Source of the DNA: Rhodothermales bacterium
GTDB taxonomy: Bacteria; Bacteroidota; Rhodothermia; Rhodothermales; Bin80
Length of the DNA stretch: 64,000 nt
Assembly (NCBI GenBank): GCA_965116685.1
Contig: OZ220707.1
Location: 851,655-915,654, forward strand
Reading direction: 5' to 3'
Below the pieces are notes generated by a model that made no database searches, was not told the origin of the DNA, and worked only from the letters and a program-made list of their open reading frames with translations. The position numbers and the translations under genes are program-made. Below are positions 30,253 through 41,007 of the stretch, in pieces. Every line of letters starts with the position of its first letter. The first letter of the stretch is position 1.

Positions 30253-30535
30253 CCAAGAGTTATTCCCCAAGGCCCGCCTGATCCACGATCGTTTTCATTT
30301 GATCCAGTACCTCAACAAAGGGATTGATCCGGTTCGCCGCAGGGAAGTGAAACAGCATGAGGAACTCAAACCCAGTCGTTATGCGATCTTGAAAAACGAA
30401 CCGTATCGAACGCAAACGCAAGACGAGATCTTCAACGTCATCCAGGAAGCCAACTTGCAGGTCAGCGTTGCCTGGCGGCTGCGAGAGGAATTCAAGGCGA
30501 TCTTCCGATGCGACTCATGGTCGGATGCAAAGCAA
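30253..30535 (+). pseudogene. ISL3 transposase, central fragment
   Basis: Translation QELFPKARLIHDRFHLIQYLNKGIDPVRRREV...FRCDSWSDAKQ matches the DDE_Tnp_ISL3 region. It ends at the IS1634-like insertion. Confidence 0.8.
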
Positions 30536-30644
30536 AACCTGACTTTGACGGTTTCGATTTTTCCAGGTACAAAACCACTGTTTCCGTGCTTTCTGGGAGG
30601 TTTTTTTTTGGCCTTCCTGTGTAGTGTTCAGTCTTGCTTTTTAA

Positions 30645-31448
30645 TTGTATTTTTCGTATCTTTGTAATTCACCAACCAACTGTGTCATGTGGGTCCGAGA
30701 ACTCAAACGAAAAACCACGAAAAACATCTCTGTCCAGATTGTTGAGAGCTACCGTAATAAGGAAAGAAAGCCGCGGGTTCGTATCGTCCGACACATGGGA
30801 AGCGTTCACCCGGATGCAGTGGACGGTCTGGTTAAAATTGCCTATCTGGAATTAGCTCGGATCCAAGAAGACCTGCAACCCTCCTTATTTCCTGCAGAGT
30901 CTTATGTAGACGAGGTGGTGGCTGCCCGCAGAAAAAAACGGGAGTCGAAGGCACTGGTGATCAAAGATGCACGGAAGCTGGAGGAAATACGGCGCATCTG
31001 TCTGGGCTTTCACGAGGTCATGGGGGCCCTGTATCACCAGATGCGGTTTACAGAGGTCTTTGATCGCCGTCAGAAGATGTCTCGTCGTCTGTTCAAGCAA
31101 GCGGTTTTACTTCGTCTGGCTGCACCTGGGGATAGTAAACTGGCCCATGCACGGCAGATGTCCAAGGATGCGGGGGTGGACGTTCCGGTGGAGAAGTTCT
31201 ATCGGATGATGGATGCCGTCACGGACGACCGAATTGAACAGATGAAGCAGCTGGTCTCCAACGAGACGCTCGGCATGCTTGGCGGGAAACTGAAGGTGCT
31301 GTTTTTTGATGTGACGACATTGAGCTTTGCCAGTGAGTTGCCGGATGAGCTACGCAAGAAAGGGTTTAGCAAGGATGGGAAGCCCAAAAAGGTTCAGTTG
31401 GTCTTGGCATTGATCCAAACCCAAGAAGGGCTTCCGGTCACGTACGAA
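30645..31448 (+). pseudogene. IS1634-family transposase, N-terminal half (interrupted)
   Basis: N-terminus (M)WVRELKRKTTKNISVQIVESYRNKERKPRVRIVRHMG and ...KKGFSKDGKPKKVQLVLALIQTQEGLPVTYE are typical of the family. The probable start is at 30687. Confidence 0.8.
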
Positions 31449-33548
31449 CCCATAATATTCATCTCAATTTAGCAGTTTCGTATTGATAAGCATCTGGGGA
31501 GCCTTATCCTGCTATATTTGTTCCATTCATTGGGCGATTAGCCCTGTTTTTCGTGGATTTTGATCGAATAAACCTCTGTTTTCGTTCTGAATCAAGTCAG
31601 CTGACCTGTTTAAGAATTATCTACTCATTTCACCCTCAAGGTGATCCCATGTCCCCGTCTTCTGCGCCTCTTTTTGTGCTTCCCTTCAACCAGTCAATTC
31701 GGATCAAATCGTCTAGTCGCAACCATACGACCTCGGACGCAGGCGCATTCTTGTTGCGGTCGGTGATTGATCGCACCGGAATCTTGGACTTTTTGACCGA
31801 TCAACTGCACGATCCTCGGGATCCACATCGTATCCACTATCCTTTGTTTGAATACACAGTGGCTGCTTCCGTTAATGCAGGGCTGGAGTTGCTTGTGGAC
31901 GGATGTGGTCAGCCAGGATGCGGCCTTTAGCGTGTCCACCAGCACCAGTCGGGGGGATGGGGTAGTCGGATCGGATCGTACGTTGGCATCGCAGCCGACC
32001 ATGTCCCGCTTGGTGGGTCTGCTGGGCATGGTACAGAATCTGGTTCACTTGAAGGCAGGGCTTCTGAAGGTGGGGATGGAGCATATGCTGGTCCAAAACG
32101 GTGGACGGCGGCGCGATGAAGTGGTCATTGATGTGGATGCGATGCCCGTGGATGCACACGGCAACCAGCTTGGCAGCAAGTATCATGGGCATTATAAGCG
32201 GACCATCTTCCTTCCCCTGATTGCTTCGTGCGGGGAGAGTGGGGATGTGCTCGGGGCGCAATTGCGTCCGGGAACTCAGCGCGAGGTCACCGATTGCGAG
32301 GACTTCATCGTTCCCATCGCCCATGCGGTGCGCCAGCATGTCGCCGACCAAGTCATTGTCCGTATGGACGCCGGCTTCAATAGTGGTGCGTTGTGTGCAC
32401 GACTGGAGGCCGAAAATATTGGCTATCTCATGCGTCTACGCAAGAACAAGACACTGGAGCAGATGGCCGCAAAGTACGTGAAGGATCGCCCGTTGGAGGA
32501 TATGACCTGCATTGAATTGACCTATGGTGCGAAGTCGTGGGAATGTACTCGTCGGGTGGTATTAGTGATCAAGTCGCGCCCGGGAGAACTCTATGATAGG
32601 GTCTATTTTTTGGTGACCAATCTTGACGCGGAGATGTATCCAGGTCAGAAGTTGGTTCCCATGTACAGTCAACGCGGGAAGGCGGAGATGCATCAGGGCG
32701 AGATGAAAATCGCCTGCAGCGCATCATTGTCGTCCTCTCCACGTCCCAAGTCGCATTACCGTCAGAGACCGATTGAGCGTACATACGAAGTGGATCCCGA
32801 TGCGGAGGTCGGCGCGGAGAATGATGTGCGCCTCCAGGTGTACATGCTGGCCTACCAGCTTCTTCACATCAGTCGATGCAACTTGCATAGTCCGCCTCCA
32901 CCGTTGGATGAGACGCCATCGTCTGAACAGACTCCACCGGCGCCAACGCAATGCGCCCAGGGGCTGCGTCAAACGAATCTACCTGGAACTGTGCTGGACG
33001 AATCAACGGGGGGCGCCTTGGAGACGGATGCGCAGGACTCCCCGGACCCCGATCGGCAAGAGGCGCACATGCACATTCGCCGCTTCCGACTGTGTGTGCT
33101 GAAGGTCGGTGCAACCATGGCACGTCATGGCCGCTATGTAACCTTTTATATCGCCCAGTCAGCCGTGCAGGCCTGGAAGCGTTTCCTGGAACATTTTCAG
33201 CAGTTGCAATGGTACACAATACCGGAATATTGAAGCTGAGCCTTTCCGCTACACCCGGAATTCGTGCCTGCTTCGGGCCGGACTCCGAAGCGAAAACCCT
33301 CCCCGGAGGTGATTCTTGGAACGAGTGTAGAGCGAAACGGACCTCGCTGTAGGACTGGACTGCACATGAGGAATGGATTGACCGGAAATCCACCTCAATC
33401 AACCCGGAAAATATGCGAGAATGACCTCGGGAGTCGCCCCAATCGTGAAGGTCAACTCGCAGATCCCATCTCACACAGGAAATCCTGACTCCTCACAACC
33501 AAAGACGCACTTTGGAGCCATGGGAAAATCCATGATGAATAATATGGG
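31449..33548 (+). mobile_element. IS1380-family insertion sequence (2100 bp)
   Basis: IRs are CCCATAATATTCATC at the left and GATGAATAATATGGG at the right. A 5-bp target duplication ACGAA lies at 31444-31448 and 33549-33553. Removing the element restores ...VTYELFPGNTTD in the IS1634 transposase. Confidence 0.85.
31649..33233 (+). pseudogene. IS1380-family transposase with a frameshift near codon 70
   Basis: The N-terminal piece (31649-~31860, ...TSDAGAFLLRSVIDRTGILDFLTDQLHDPRD) is in a different frame from the 461-aa ORF 31848..33233, which carries LASQPTMSRL, DVDAMPVDAHGNQLGSKYHGHYK, RMDAGF and YSQRGKAEMHQGEMK. Confidence 0.75.
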
Positions 33549-33553
33549 ACGAA

Positions 33554-34450
33554 CTCTTTCCCGGCAATACCACCGATGTAAAGACGCTTGAACCGGCGAT
33601 GACGCGCCTCAAAGAATGTTTTGATTTGGATCGGATGATTGTCGTTGCCGATTCAGGGATGTTGAGCAAGGAGAATTTAGCGTTGTTGCAAAGTCTGGGC
33701 TGTGACTATATCGTGGCTGCACGTTTACGGTCATTAAATCAACTCCACACCAAGACGATTCTCGGGGCACAGTCTTGGAAGGTTTTAACGACGGGTCGTA
33801 AGGTTACCGAACACAAACTTGGTGGTCGACGCTTGATTTTGCGCTATTGTCCAAAGAAGGCAGCTCGGGATGTACATTCACGGGAGAAGGCAATTGAGAA
33901 GGTGAAGAATCGTTTGAAACAGGGGGTCAAGGGCACCGGCAGAAGTGGTCGATTTCTGAAGGTGAAGCAGGATGGAGTGAGCTTAGATCAAGCAGCGATT
34001 GTTCGGGATGAGAAGTTTGATGGGCTGCATGGGGTCTGGACGAGTCTGGAGGATCTGACTCCAGAACAAGTCTATCAACATTATGGAGAGTTATGGCGAA
34101 TTGAAGAAGGTTTTCGTGTGATGAAACACACCATGGCGATCCGGCCCATCTTTCACTGGGTCGAGCGTCGGGTGCGTGCCCATATTGCAATCTGTTTTGT
34201 TGCATTTGCCCTGTTACGGATCTTCCGACACCGATATAATGCGAGGTTTGGTTCAAAACATCGCCTGAGTGAAGGGCAGATTTTAGCAGAACTTGGTGCG
34301 GTGGAAACCTCCATGATTTGTGATCGAGGCAATCGGGCAGAATACCTTCTTCCATCGAAGGTTACCGAAACGAGCGGGCGCCTATACCAGACAGTCGGTC
34401 TGACGATACAGCGCCAGACCGTACTGTTCAAAGAGGGGACGACCTCCTAA
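33554..34450 (+). pseudogene. IS1634-family transposase, C-terminal half
   Basis: In frame with 30645..31448 once the IS1380 element and one TSD copy are removed. Contains the DDE region DRMIVVADSGM and YGELWRIEEGFRVMK. Confidence 0.8.
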
Positions 34451-34575
34451 ATCAAGCGTCCCATTCGGTCTCGATCTTCATCATTCCGCCCTGAAAAGGG
34501 GGATTGGTAGTGTTCAGTTTTCCCGGAAATCCCACTCCAGAACCCCTGTGACGGAGGTAACCGTCGAAGTCAAGA

Positions 34576-34848
34576 TGGTCGGATGCAAAGCAATACGTTC
34601 AACTCTGGCTGAAAAGTGTGAACGAGGCGGGTGTGCAGGAGATCATGGATGCGGCCGAGATGTTTGAACGTCATCTCACCGGAGTGTGTAATGCACGTTT
34701 CCATGAACAATCCAATGCCAAGACATGCAACGGGAAGATCCAGGAGGTCAAAACGATCGGAAGATGGTACAGAAAATTTGAAAACTTCCGATCTGCCATC
34801 CTTTTTTTCTGCGGAGATATAGACCTCTATCCACAACCTTCGCGGTAG
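34576..34848 (+). pseudogene. ISL3 transposase, C-terminal fragment
   Basis: Translation WSDAKQYVQLWLKSVNEAGVQEIMDAAEMFERH...GKIQEVKTIGRWYRKFENFRSAILFFCGDIDLYP is an ISL3 C-terminus that ends in the right IR. Confidence 0.8.
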
Positions 34849-35125
34849 AACCTCTTGTATATTGGGTTCAAGTCAAAAACGAACCCCCGATGCCAAACCA
34901 TTATACTCGTGAAATTCCCGTGCTGAGTGATTCAGAACGAGCAGAACTGGAACGTTGGATCCGCATTTGAGCAAAAATCTCATGGGCAGAGCAGTGTGAG
35001 ACAAAATACAGTGAAGTGAGTAGTAGGTTCTGTATTGGGTAATAGATAGCCATCGTACGGGAGCCAAGTCGAAACAAATCCCAAAAAAATTTGTCATCCT
35101 TGAATTTAAACCGCTAAAGAGTGCC

Positions 35126-35923
35126 TTGGCTGAAGTTCTTAGATACTGCGACGAATTTGGACACTTATGGAGACTTAATTTGAGACTATCTGTAAAAAAT
35201 ATTATTCCAGCCCCTTTGGTATCCCCTCTGAAGACAGTAAGAGACCGACTGCGGTTCCTCCATATCGGATTGCTGGGAGTGCGGGCATCTGTGAATACCG
35301 TCTACTATGGCTCGACATATGGTGGGTATGCCATCCCGCCTGACATTGTACGTAATACGGTTGGCGTATGCTGTGGCGCAGGAGAGGATATCAGCTTTGA
35401 GATCGCTATGGCGAAAGAGTTGGGGGCACGAGTTCATATCCTAGATCCTACACCTCGATCCGTTAGTTTTTGCGAGCGGAGTCTCTCCCAATTTTTGGGA
35501 ACCCCACAAAAAGAATTGCTCTATTTCCATCCTTACGGTGTGTGGTCAGAGTCTAAAATGATGCGCTTCTACGCACCTACCAACCCTGATCATGTGAGTC
35601 ATTCAGTCGTGAATCTTCAAAATACTTCAGAATACTTTGAAGCAAAGGTTCTTTCCCCAGATGATGTTATGGATCAAATTAATGAATCCTCAATTCAGTT
35701 CCTAAAGCTGAACATTGAGGGGGCTGAATATGAAGTGATCCGATCGTGGTTCAATGCTGGTCATCGACCAAGGATAATTTGCATCAATTTTGACGAGCTT
35801 CATTCTCCGGCGGATTCGGGTGCGGTTGAACGCCTCAGACAACTCGTAAAAGATTTCACGAAAGCATCCTATGTTCCAGTAAATATCTATTCTACGAAAG
35901 TCACCTACTTGAGAACAGACTAG
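35126..35923 (+). CDS. FkbM-family methyltransferase
   Basis: SAM-binding region GVCCGAGEDISFEIAMA and the FkbM-type motif FLKLNIEGAEYEVI. Confidence 0.7.
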   Translation: MAEVLRYCDEFGHLWRLNLRLSVKNIIPAPLVSPLKTVRDRLRFLHIGLLGVRASVNTVYYGSTYGGYAIPPDIVRNTVGVCCGAGEDISFEIAMAKELGARVHILDPTPRSVSFCERSLSQFLGTPQKELLYFHPYGVWSESKMMRFYAPTNPDHVSHSVVNLQNTSEYFEAKVLSPDDVMDQINESSIQFLKLNIEGAEYEVIRSWFNAGHRPRIICINFDELHSPADSGAVERLRQLVKDFTKASYVPVNIYSTKVTYLRTD

Positions 35924-36140
35924 GATTCGTAGTATTGGAGGTCGGTTTGCCGAATTCTTAAATGCATCCCTGTGAGTAGAAAAGAGATCCATTCCAAGTC
36001 TTCATAAGTGTGGCTCTCGCATGAAATTAATCCCTCCGCCCGACTGTATGCTTTAACCCAATCAGCACATGTGGATGTAAATCTTACACAGTCCACACTC
36101 AATTCATCAGGCTCAAAATGGAGGATCAATCTTCACCCGG

Positions 36141-36920
36141 TCACACTCCACGCAATTGACAAAGAACCGCCATGTGAGCATGATAAAATTTGGACCACAG
36201 CGTGCCACAATACCTGGGCAAATAATGTTCCGTGTACATTTTTGCAAAACGCCTCAATTGACCGCAATCACTATAAGCAAATTTGACAGTCTCCTTATTG
36301 AAGAATGGCGCGTAGACATATTCATCAACTATGTCTAGCCCGGCATGAGAAAGCAATCTCAAAAAATCTGACTTACCAAAGAACTGAACATGCCCCGCGG
36401 GATGCTTACCCCGATCCTGGAACGCTCCCTTAATTCTTCCAATAATTAAGTTTTCCAGCGGGACTTCAGTGACCACACTCTCATATTTAAGATCAAATAG
36501 AGATTCCAAAAATTGCGCGGGCCTCTCCAGATGTTCCAAAACATGACTGCAGATGACCAAGTCAAATTCTGTTCTTCCAAACAACCTGGCAAAATCCACT
36601 TTCATGATATCTCCTGTCGCCGAATGCACATCTGGCAGATTCTGTTTAACAAATGCTATGGCTTCGGTTGAATAGTCTACTGCATAATAGGATTGCGCTA
36701 CACCACGTCGCTGAAGTTCGGCGATCAAAGCGCCCGTTCCACTACCAACCTCCAAAATGGTCTCTGGCTTTAGTCTATTTCGATTGAGCAATATGCAGAT
36801 TGAATCTGCCTTTTGCTTCGCCCCTCTACGAAGCCATTCTGCTTGACGTTCGAGCGAGTTGGCATACTTTGAACTGTAATGATCTCTGCCAGTGAGACCG
36901 GGTTCCAAGGAATGTATCAT
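36141..36920 (-). CDS. Class I SAM-dependent methyltransferase
   Basis: Motif I ILEVGSGTGALIAEL, followed by the acidic post-I residue (YAVDYS). Confidence 0.8.
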   Translation of the reverse strand: MIHSLEPGLTGRDHYSSKYANSLERQAEWLRRGAKQKADSICILLNRNRLKPETILEVGSGTGALIAELQRRGVAQSYYAVDYSTEAIAFVKQNLPDVHSATGDIMKVDFARLFGRTEFDLVICSHVLEHLERPAQFLESLFDLKYESVVTEVPLENLIIGRIKGAFQDRGKHPAGHVQFFGKSDFLRLLSHAGLDIVDEYVYAPFFNKETVKFAYSDCGQLRRFAKMYTEHYLPRYCGTLWSKFYHAHMAVLCQLRGV

Positions 36921-37074
36921 TGGGAAAGTTCCGTTCTGGAATATTTAAATCAGGCTACCGGATGCATGAATAGTGTCTAGATTCTGATTTTTGGGCACTT
37001 TCAAATTGAAGTTGCCCGGGTATCCAACTCCGCAATTCACAGTACAAACACCCGCTGTAAGCGGATCATGGCCC

Positions 37075-38580
37075 CTAATCTACCTCGCCCAGCAGACGCT
37101 TGATGAATGGGAACGCAGCAAATGCCACAATCCCGGCAATACCGATCATGATTGCCACATTACTGAAGAGAGCTGCCGCAGCCAACATCTCTAGTTGCCC
37201 TGCAACGAGCCCTGCGAACAAGTTGCCCAGTGCAGTTCCGATAAACCATACCCCCATCATTTGCCCTACCCTTCCCACAGGAGCCAACTTGGTGATTGAA
37301 GAAAGTCCAACCGGACTCAGACTCAACTCCCCTACCGTGTGTAGAAAATACATGACGACAAGCCAGACCGGAGACACCAGGGATCCATCCTCTGCATTCG
37401 CCGCACCCCAGGCAATGACAAAAAAGCCCGCCGCCAATCCTAATAATCCAATAGCGAATTTTGCGGGAATGGATGGATTCCGCTTAAGTCTGGCCAGCGT
37501 AATCCAGAGAGAGCCAAAGACAGGTGCAAGGATAATGATGAATGTGGAGTTGACCGATTGAAGCCAACTGGCAGGCAATTCCCATCCTCCCAGCATCCGA
37601 TCTGTAGAGTCCCGGGCAAATAGATTGAGGGACGATCCTGCCTGCTCAAATCCCGACCAGAAAATGGCAGCCAGAATGAATAACCAGAAAATGACAACTA
37701 AGCGCTTCTTCTCCAACTTGGTATGGTTGGCGAAAATGAGGAGATAAGCAAAAAATACCACTGCAATTCCAATCACTGCATACCCAAGCCAGGCGGCGAG
37801 TGTCTCCAGTGGGAGCGCCTGTAAAAGCAGCGTGCCTGCCACCGCAGCAATCACAAATGAGGATGCCAACACGATGTAAGTGACACGCGTTTTTTTCTTC
37901 AATGCATCTTCGGACGCATCTGATTTCAATAAACCGGCATCCCCCAGATATTTCGTTCCCATACGATATTGAATCAGTCCGAGGATCATGCCTATGCCCG
38001 CCAGAGAAAATCCATAATGCCAATTGTAGGATTCGCCCAGCCATCCGGTCAGGATTGGCCCGGCAAATGCTCCAAGATTGATTCCCGTGTAAAAAATCGA
38101 AAACCCTGCATCCCGCCTTGCACCACCTTCTGGATACAAGTCCCCGACCATGGTGCTTACATTTGGCTTAAGCAGACCTGTACCAATGACAATGAACATC
38201 AACCCCAGAAAAAAACTGCCGTTATCCGAGAAGCCTACCAGTGGACCAGCCATCGTGAAATGCCCCAACGCAATAATGCATCCTCCAACAAAAACCGCCT
38301 TACGCTGCCCCCAAAGGTTATCTGCAATCCATCCACCAGGTAATGCTAGGACGTACACAAAAAAAGTGTATAGACCATAGATCGCTCCTGCCCTGCCTTC
38401 CCCAAACTCTAATCCCGGATTCCCTTCCGTAGCCGCAGTCGTCATAAAAAGCACCAAAAGCGCTCGCATACCGTAATAGCTGAACCGCTCCCAGAGCTCC
38501 GTAAAGAATAATGTAGAAAGTCCCCGGGGATGGCCGAACCATTGTGCGGCATGTGGGGGTTTAGTACCTGTTGTCATCAC
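37075..38580 (-). CDS. Proton-dependent oligopeptide (POT/PTR2) family di-/tripeptide transporter
   Basis: PTR2 signature FFTELWERFSYYGMRALLVLF, with about 14 TM helices. Confidence 0.9.
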   Translation of the reverse strand: MMTTGTKPPHAAQWFGHPRGLSTLFFTELWERFSYYGMRALLVLFMTTAATEGNPGLEFGEGRAGAIYGLYTFFVYVLALPGGWIADNLWGQRKAVFVGGCIIALGHFTMAGPLVGFSDNGSFFLGLMFIVIGTGLLKPNVSTMVGDLYPEGGARRDAGFSIFYTGINLGAFAGPILTGWLGESYNWHYGFSLAGIGMILGLIQYRMGTKYLGDAGLLKSDASEDALKKKTRVTYIVLASSFVIAAVAGTLLLQALPLETLAAWLGYAVIGIAVVFFAYLLIFANHTKLEKKRLVVIFWLFILAAIFWSGFEQAGSSLNLFARDSTDRMLGGWELPASWLQSVNSTFIIILAPVFGSLWITLARLKRNPSIPAKFAIGLLGLAAGFFVIAWGAANAEDGSLVSPVWLVVMYFLHTVGELSLSPVGLSSITKLAPVGRVGQMMGVWFIGTALGNLFAGLVAGQLEMLAAAALFSNVAIMIGIAGIVAFAAFPFIKRLLGEVD

Positions 38581-38720
38581 TTTTGTCTGTAGTGTCGCGG
38601 TGCAAGATACGAGGTCTGTTTGATTTTGTGAAATCTTCTCATGAAAAATGATTACTCCTACACGTGTATCCGGTATATTTACCGGTTGCTTGGCTCAGGC
38701 CGAAAATTCACATACTAACA

Positions 38721-40550
38721 ATGTCTAGCTTTTCAGAAAACATTACGAATCAACATCCAGATCGAACACACACTTGCGGCAAGCTCTCGGATATACATCT
38801 AGGTGAGCAGGTTGTACTAAAAGGCTGGGTGGATACACGGCGGGATCTAGGAGGTGTCATTTTTATAGATCTCCGGGATCGCTATGGCCTGACGCAAATT
38901 GTATTCTCGCCTCAAGACAATCCCGCTGCACATGAACTTGCGGACCGCCTGCGCAGCGAGTACGTCATCTCCGTCATGGGCTTTGTTGCACCGCGCTCAC
39001 CCGAAACCGTGAATCCCAAACTCTCAACGGGGAGAATTGAGGTTCGAGTTGAGAGTCTCCTCATTCTTGCCGAATCGGAGACCTTGCCATTTTCCATCTC
39101 CAGTCATACACAAAAGACAAAGCTAGCCTCTGAAGATCTGCGCCTGAGATATCGGTACCTTGATCTCAGGAGACCGGATCTGTTACAGAAAATGATCCTG
39201 AGACATCAGGTTTACCAAGTGATCCACCGCTATTTTGATGCAGAAGGATTTCTTGAAGTGGAAACGCCAACCCTCATGAAATCAACACCCGAGGGTGCAC
39301 GCGACTATCTGGTTCCAAGCCGGGTACATCCGGCATCCTTCTACGCCCTTCCTCAGAGTCCACAGACCTATAAGCAGCTTCTGATGATCGGGGGATTAGA
39401 TAAATATGTTCAGATTGTCAAATGCTTCCGAGACGAAGACCTGCGTGCCGACCGGCAACCGGAGTTCACACAGATTGATGTGGAAATGGCCTTTGCAACG
39501 GAAGAGGCAGTCTATTCCCTGATCGAAGGCTTGATGTCAGCACTCTGGGACGAGGTTCTTGGCATTAAGCTGCCCACCCCCTTTCCGCAACTGACCTACC
39601 AGGATGCACTCTGGAAATATGGCTCTGACAAGCCTGACCTGCGTTTTGATCTTCAGATATGCAGCCTCAGTTCTACGTTCGAAAACTCGGGATTCCGTGT
39701 ATTCGATCAGGTTCTTTCTGCAGGAGGGTCGGTATTGGGACTGGTCATTCCAGAGTTTGGTGACAAGGGCAGAGGGTATATGGATCGCCTGGATAAGACG
39801 GTGGTGCGCAAACAAATCGGAGCCGGCGGTCTGATTCATGTGCGAATCCCTTCCGACGGCTCCCCTCCCAACTGTTCTGTAAAAACTCATGTGCTTCCAG
39901 AAGAATTTGTAACCGGGGCGATCCAGATATCTGGAGCCAAGGCAGGAGATCTCCTACTGATTCTTTGTGGCCAATGGCCCACGGTACAACAGCAAATGGG
40001 AGCCCTCCGCCTGCATATGGCCCATGAGCTTGGCTGCGTCGATGAGAGCTCCTGGCAGTTTGCATGGATTACAGAATTCCCGCTACTGCAATGGGATGAG
40101 CGGGAAAAACGCTATTCAGCCATGCATCATCCGTTTACCTCCCCAAGAATAGATGATCTGGAACTGCTCTCAAGCGATCCGGCACATGTTCGCGCTCGCG
40201 CCTACGATATCGTGCTCAATGGAATGGAGATTGGAGGAGGATCAATCCGTATCCATGATCAAAAAGTTCAAAAACAAATGTTCGATACTCTGGGAATTCC
40301 CGACGAAGAGAGTGAAGAACGATTTGGATTTTTGCTCGAAGCTTTGCGTTACGGAGCCCCTCCGCATGGAGGGATCGCCATGGGGCTGGATCGGATTGCC
40401 ATGCTACTTTCACAATCAACGTCTCTCCGGGAAGTGATTGCATTTCCGAAGACACAAAGTGCACAAGAGCCTATGTCTGGCACCCCCTCAACGGTTGAAC
40501 CTGAACGACTCAATGAATTAAATATTCGGTCTATCCCAAAGCCCGAATGA
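38721..40550 (+). CDS. aspS: Aspartate--tRNA ligase
   Basis: OB-fold N-terminus (GWVDTRRDLGGVIFIDLRDRYG), class II motifs (FRDEDLRADRQPEFTQID, GGGSIRIH, GLDR). The ATG at 38721 is preferred over the track start at 38664. Confidence 0.92.
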   Translation: MSSFSENITNQHPDRTHTCGKLSDIHLGEQVVLKGWVDTRRDLGGVIFIDLRDRYGLTQIVFSPQDNPAAHELADRLRSEYVISVMGFVAPRSPETVNPKLSTGRIEVRVESLLILAESETLPFSISSHTQKTKLASEDLRLRYRYLDLRRPDLLQKMILRHQVYQVIHRYFDAEGFLEVETPTLMKSTPEGARDYLVPSRVHPASFYALPQSPQTYKQLLMIGGLDKYVQIVKCFRDEDLRADRQPEFTQIDVEMAFATEEAVYSLIEGLMSALWDEVLGIKLPTPFPQLTYQDALWKYGSDKPDLRFDLQICSLSSTFENSGFRVFDQVLSAGGSVLGLVIPEFGDKGRGYMDRLDKTVVRKQIGAGGLIHVRIPSDGSPPNCSVKTHVLPEEFVTGAIQISGAKAGDLLLILCGQWPTVQQQMGALRLHMAHELGCVDESSWQFAWITEFPLLQWDEREKRYSAMHHPFTSPRIDDLELLSSDPAHVRARAYDIVLNGMEIGGGSIRIHDQKVQKQMFDTLGIPDEESEERFGFLLEALRYGAPPHGGIAMGLDRIAMLLSQSTSLREVIAFPKTQSAQEPMSGTPSTVEPERLNELNIRSIPKPE

Positions 40551-40978
40551 CTGATGCCTATGCATTATTACTGCAAGATCAATTCCCCTGGGAGCGCTGG
40601 GAAAAATTAATCCTCTCCGAGGGCATCCTGCTGGATCGCCAAAAAAAAACGCCCCATCCCCGGTATCCAGATATTATTTATCCGATGGATTATGGGTTCA
40701 TCTGCAATACCTCAAGCTCTGATGGTGCTGAAGTGGATGTATTCGTGGGCTCTGGTGGAGAGCGCCTAGTTGGAATGATGGTCACAGATGACTACCGGCA
40801 AGGGGACCGGGAGATCAAATTCCTCTGGCGCTGCCTTCCTTCAGAGATTTATCTGGCGTATGGGTTCATCAATTTTGATCCTTCGAAGTTAAAGGGACGG
40901 CTTATCCTTCGCTTTCCCATGAAAATACTCTGGGAAATGCAGGAGCAAAGGATTGAGCATTCGGAAAATTTGCCGTAA
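40547..40978 (+). CDS. Small inorganic-pyrophosphatase-like protein
   Basis: YPMDYGFICNTSSSDGAEVDVFV resembles the family I PPase motif YP-NYG-I--T---DGD-VDVLV. ATGA overlap with aspS. Confidence 0.5.
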   Translation: MTDAYALLLQDQFPWERWEKLILSEGILLDRQKKTPHPRYPDIIYPMDYGFICNTSSSDGAEVDVFVGSGGERLVGMMVTDDYRQGDREIKFLWRCLPSEIYLAYGFINFDPSKLKGRLILRFPMKILWEMQEQRIEHSENLP

Positions 40979-41007
40979 ATTGGTGGGTTGTTAGTTCTCT
41001 ATATTTT

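Larger units (their letters stand above)
30536..34575 (+). mobile_element. IS1634-like (IS4-related) insertion sequence, itself split by an IS1380-like element
   Basis: Terminal IRs TGACTT(T/C)GACGGTT near both ends. An 18-bp direct repeat TGGTCGGATGCAAAGCAA lies at 30518-30535 and 34576-34593. Confidence 0.8.
17831..34852 (+). mobile_element. Decayed ISL3-family IS acting as the scaffold for nested insertions
   Basis: Imperfect terminal inverted repeats: GGTTCTACCGC......TGTGGA at 17831 and its complement ending at 34852 (GCGGTAGAACC). The transposase coding sequence is recoverable in three pieces between the insertions. Confidence 0.8.

Noticed and set aside
32869-33474. A 201-aa minus-strand ORF inside the IS1380-like element.
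   Set aside because: It is antisense to the transposase C-terminus and its 3' UTR, with biased composition and no motif.
34890-34970. A 26-codon ORF (MPNHYTREIPVLSDSERAELERWIRI) resembling the N-terminus of an IS630- or IS3-type transposase HTH.
   Set aside because: It is too short to call. It may be another IS remnant just outside the ISL3 right end, but there is no supporting IR or DDE sequence.
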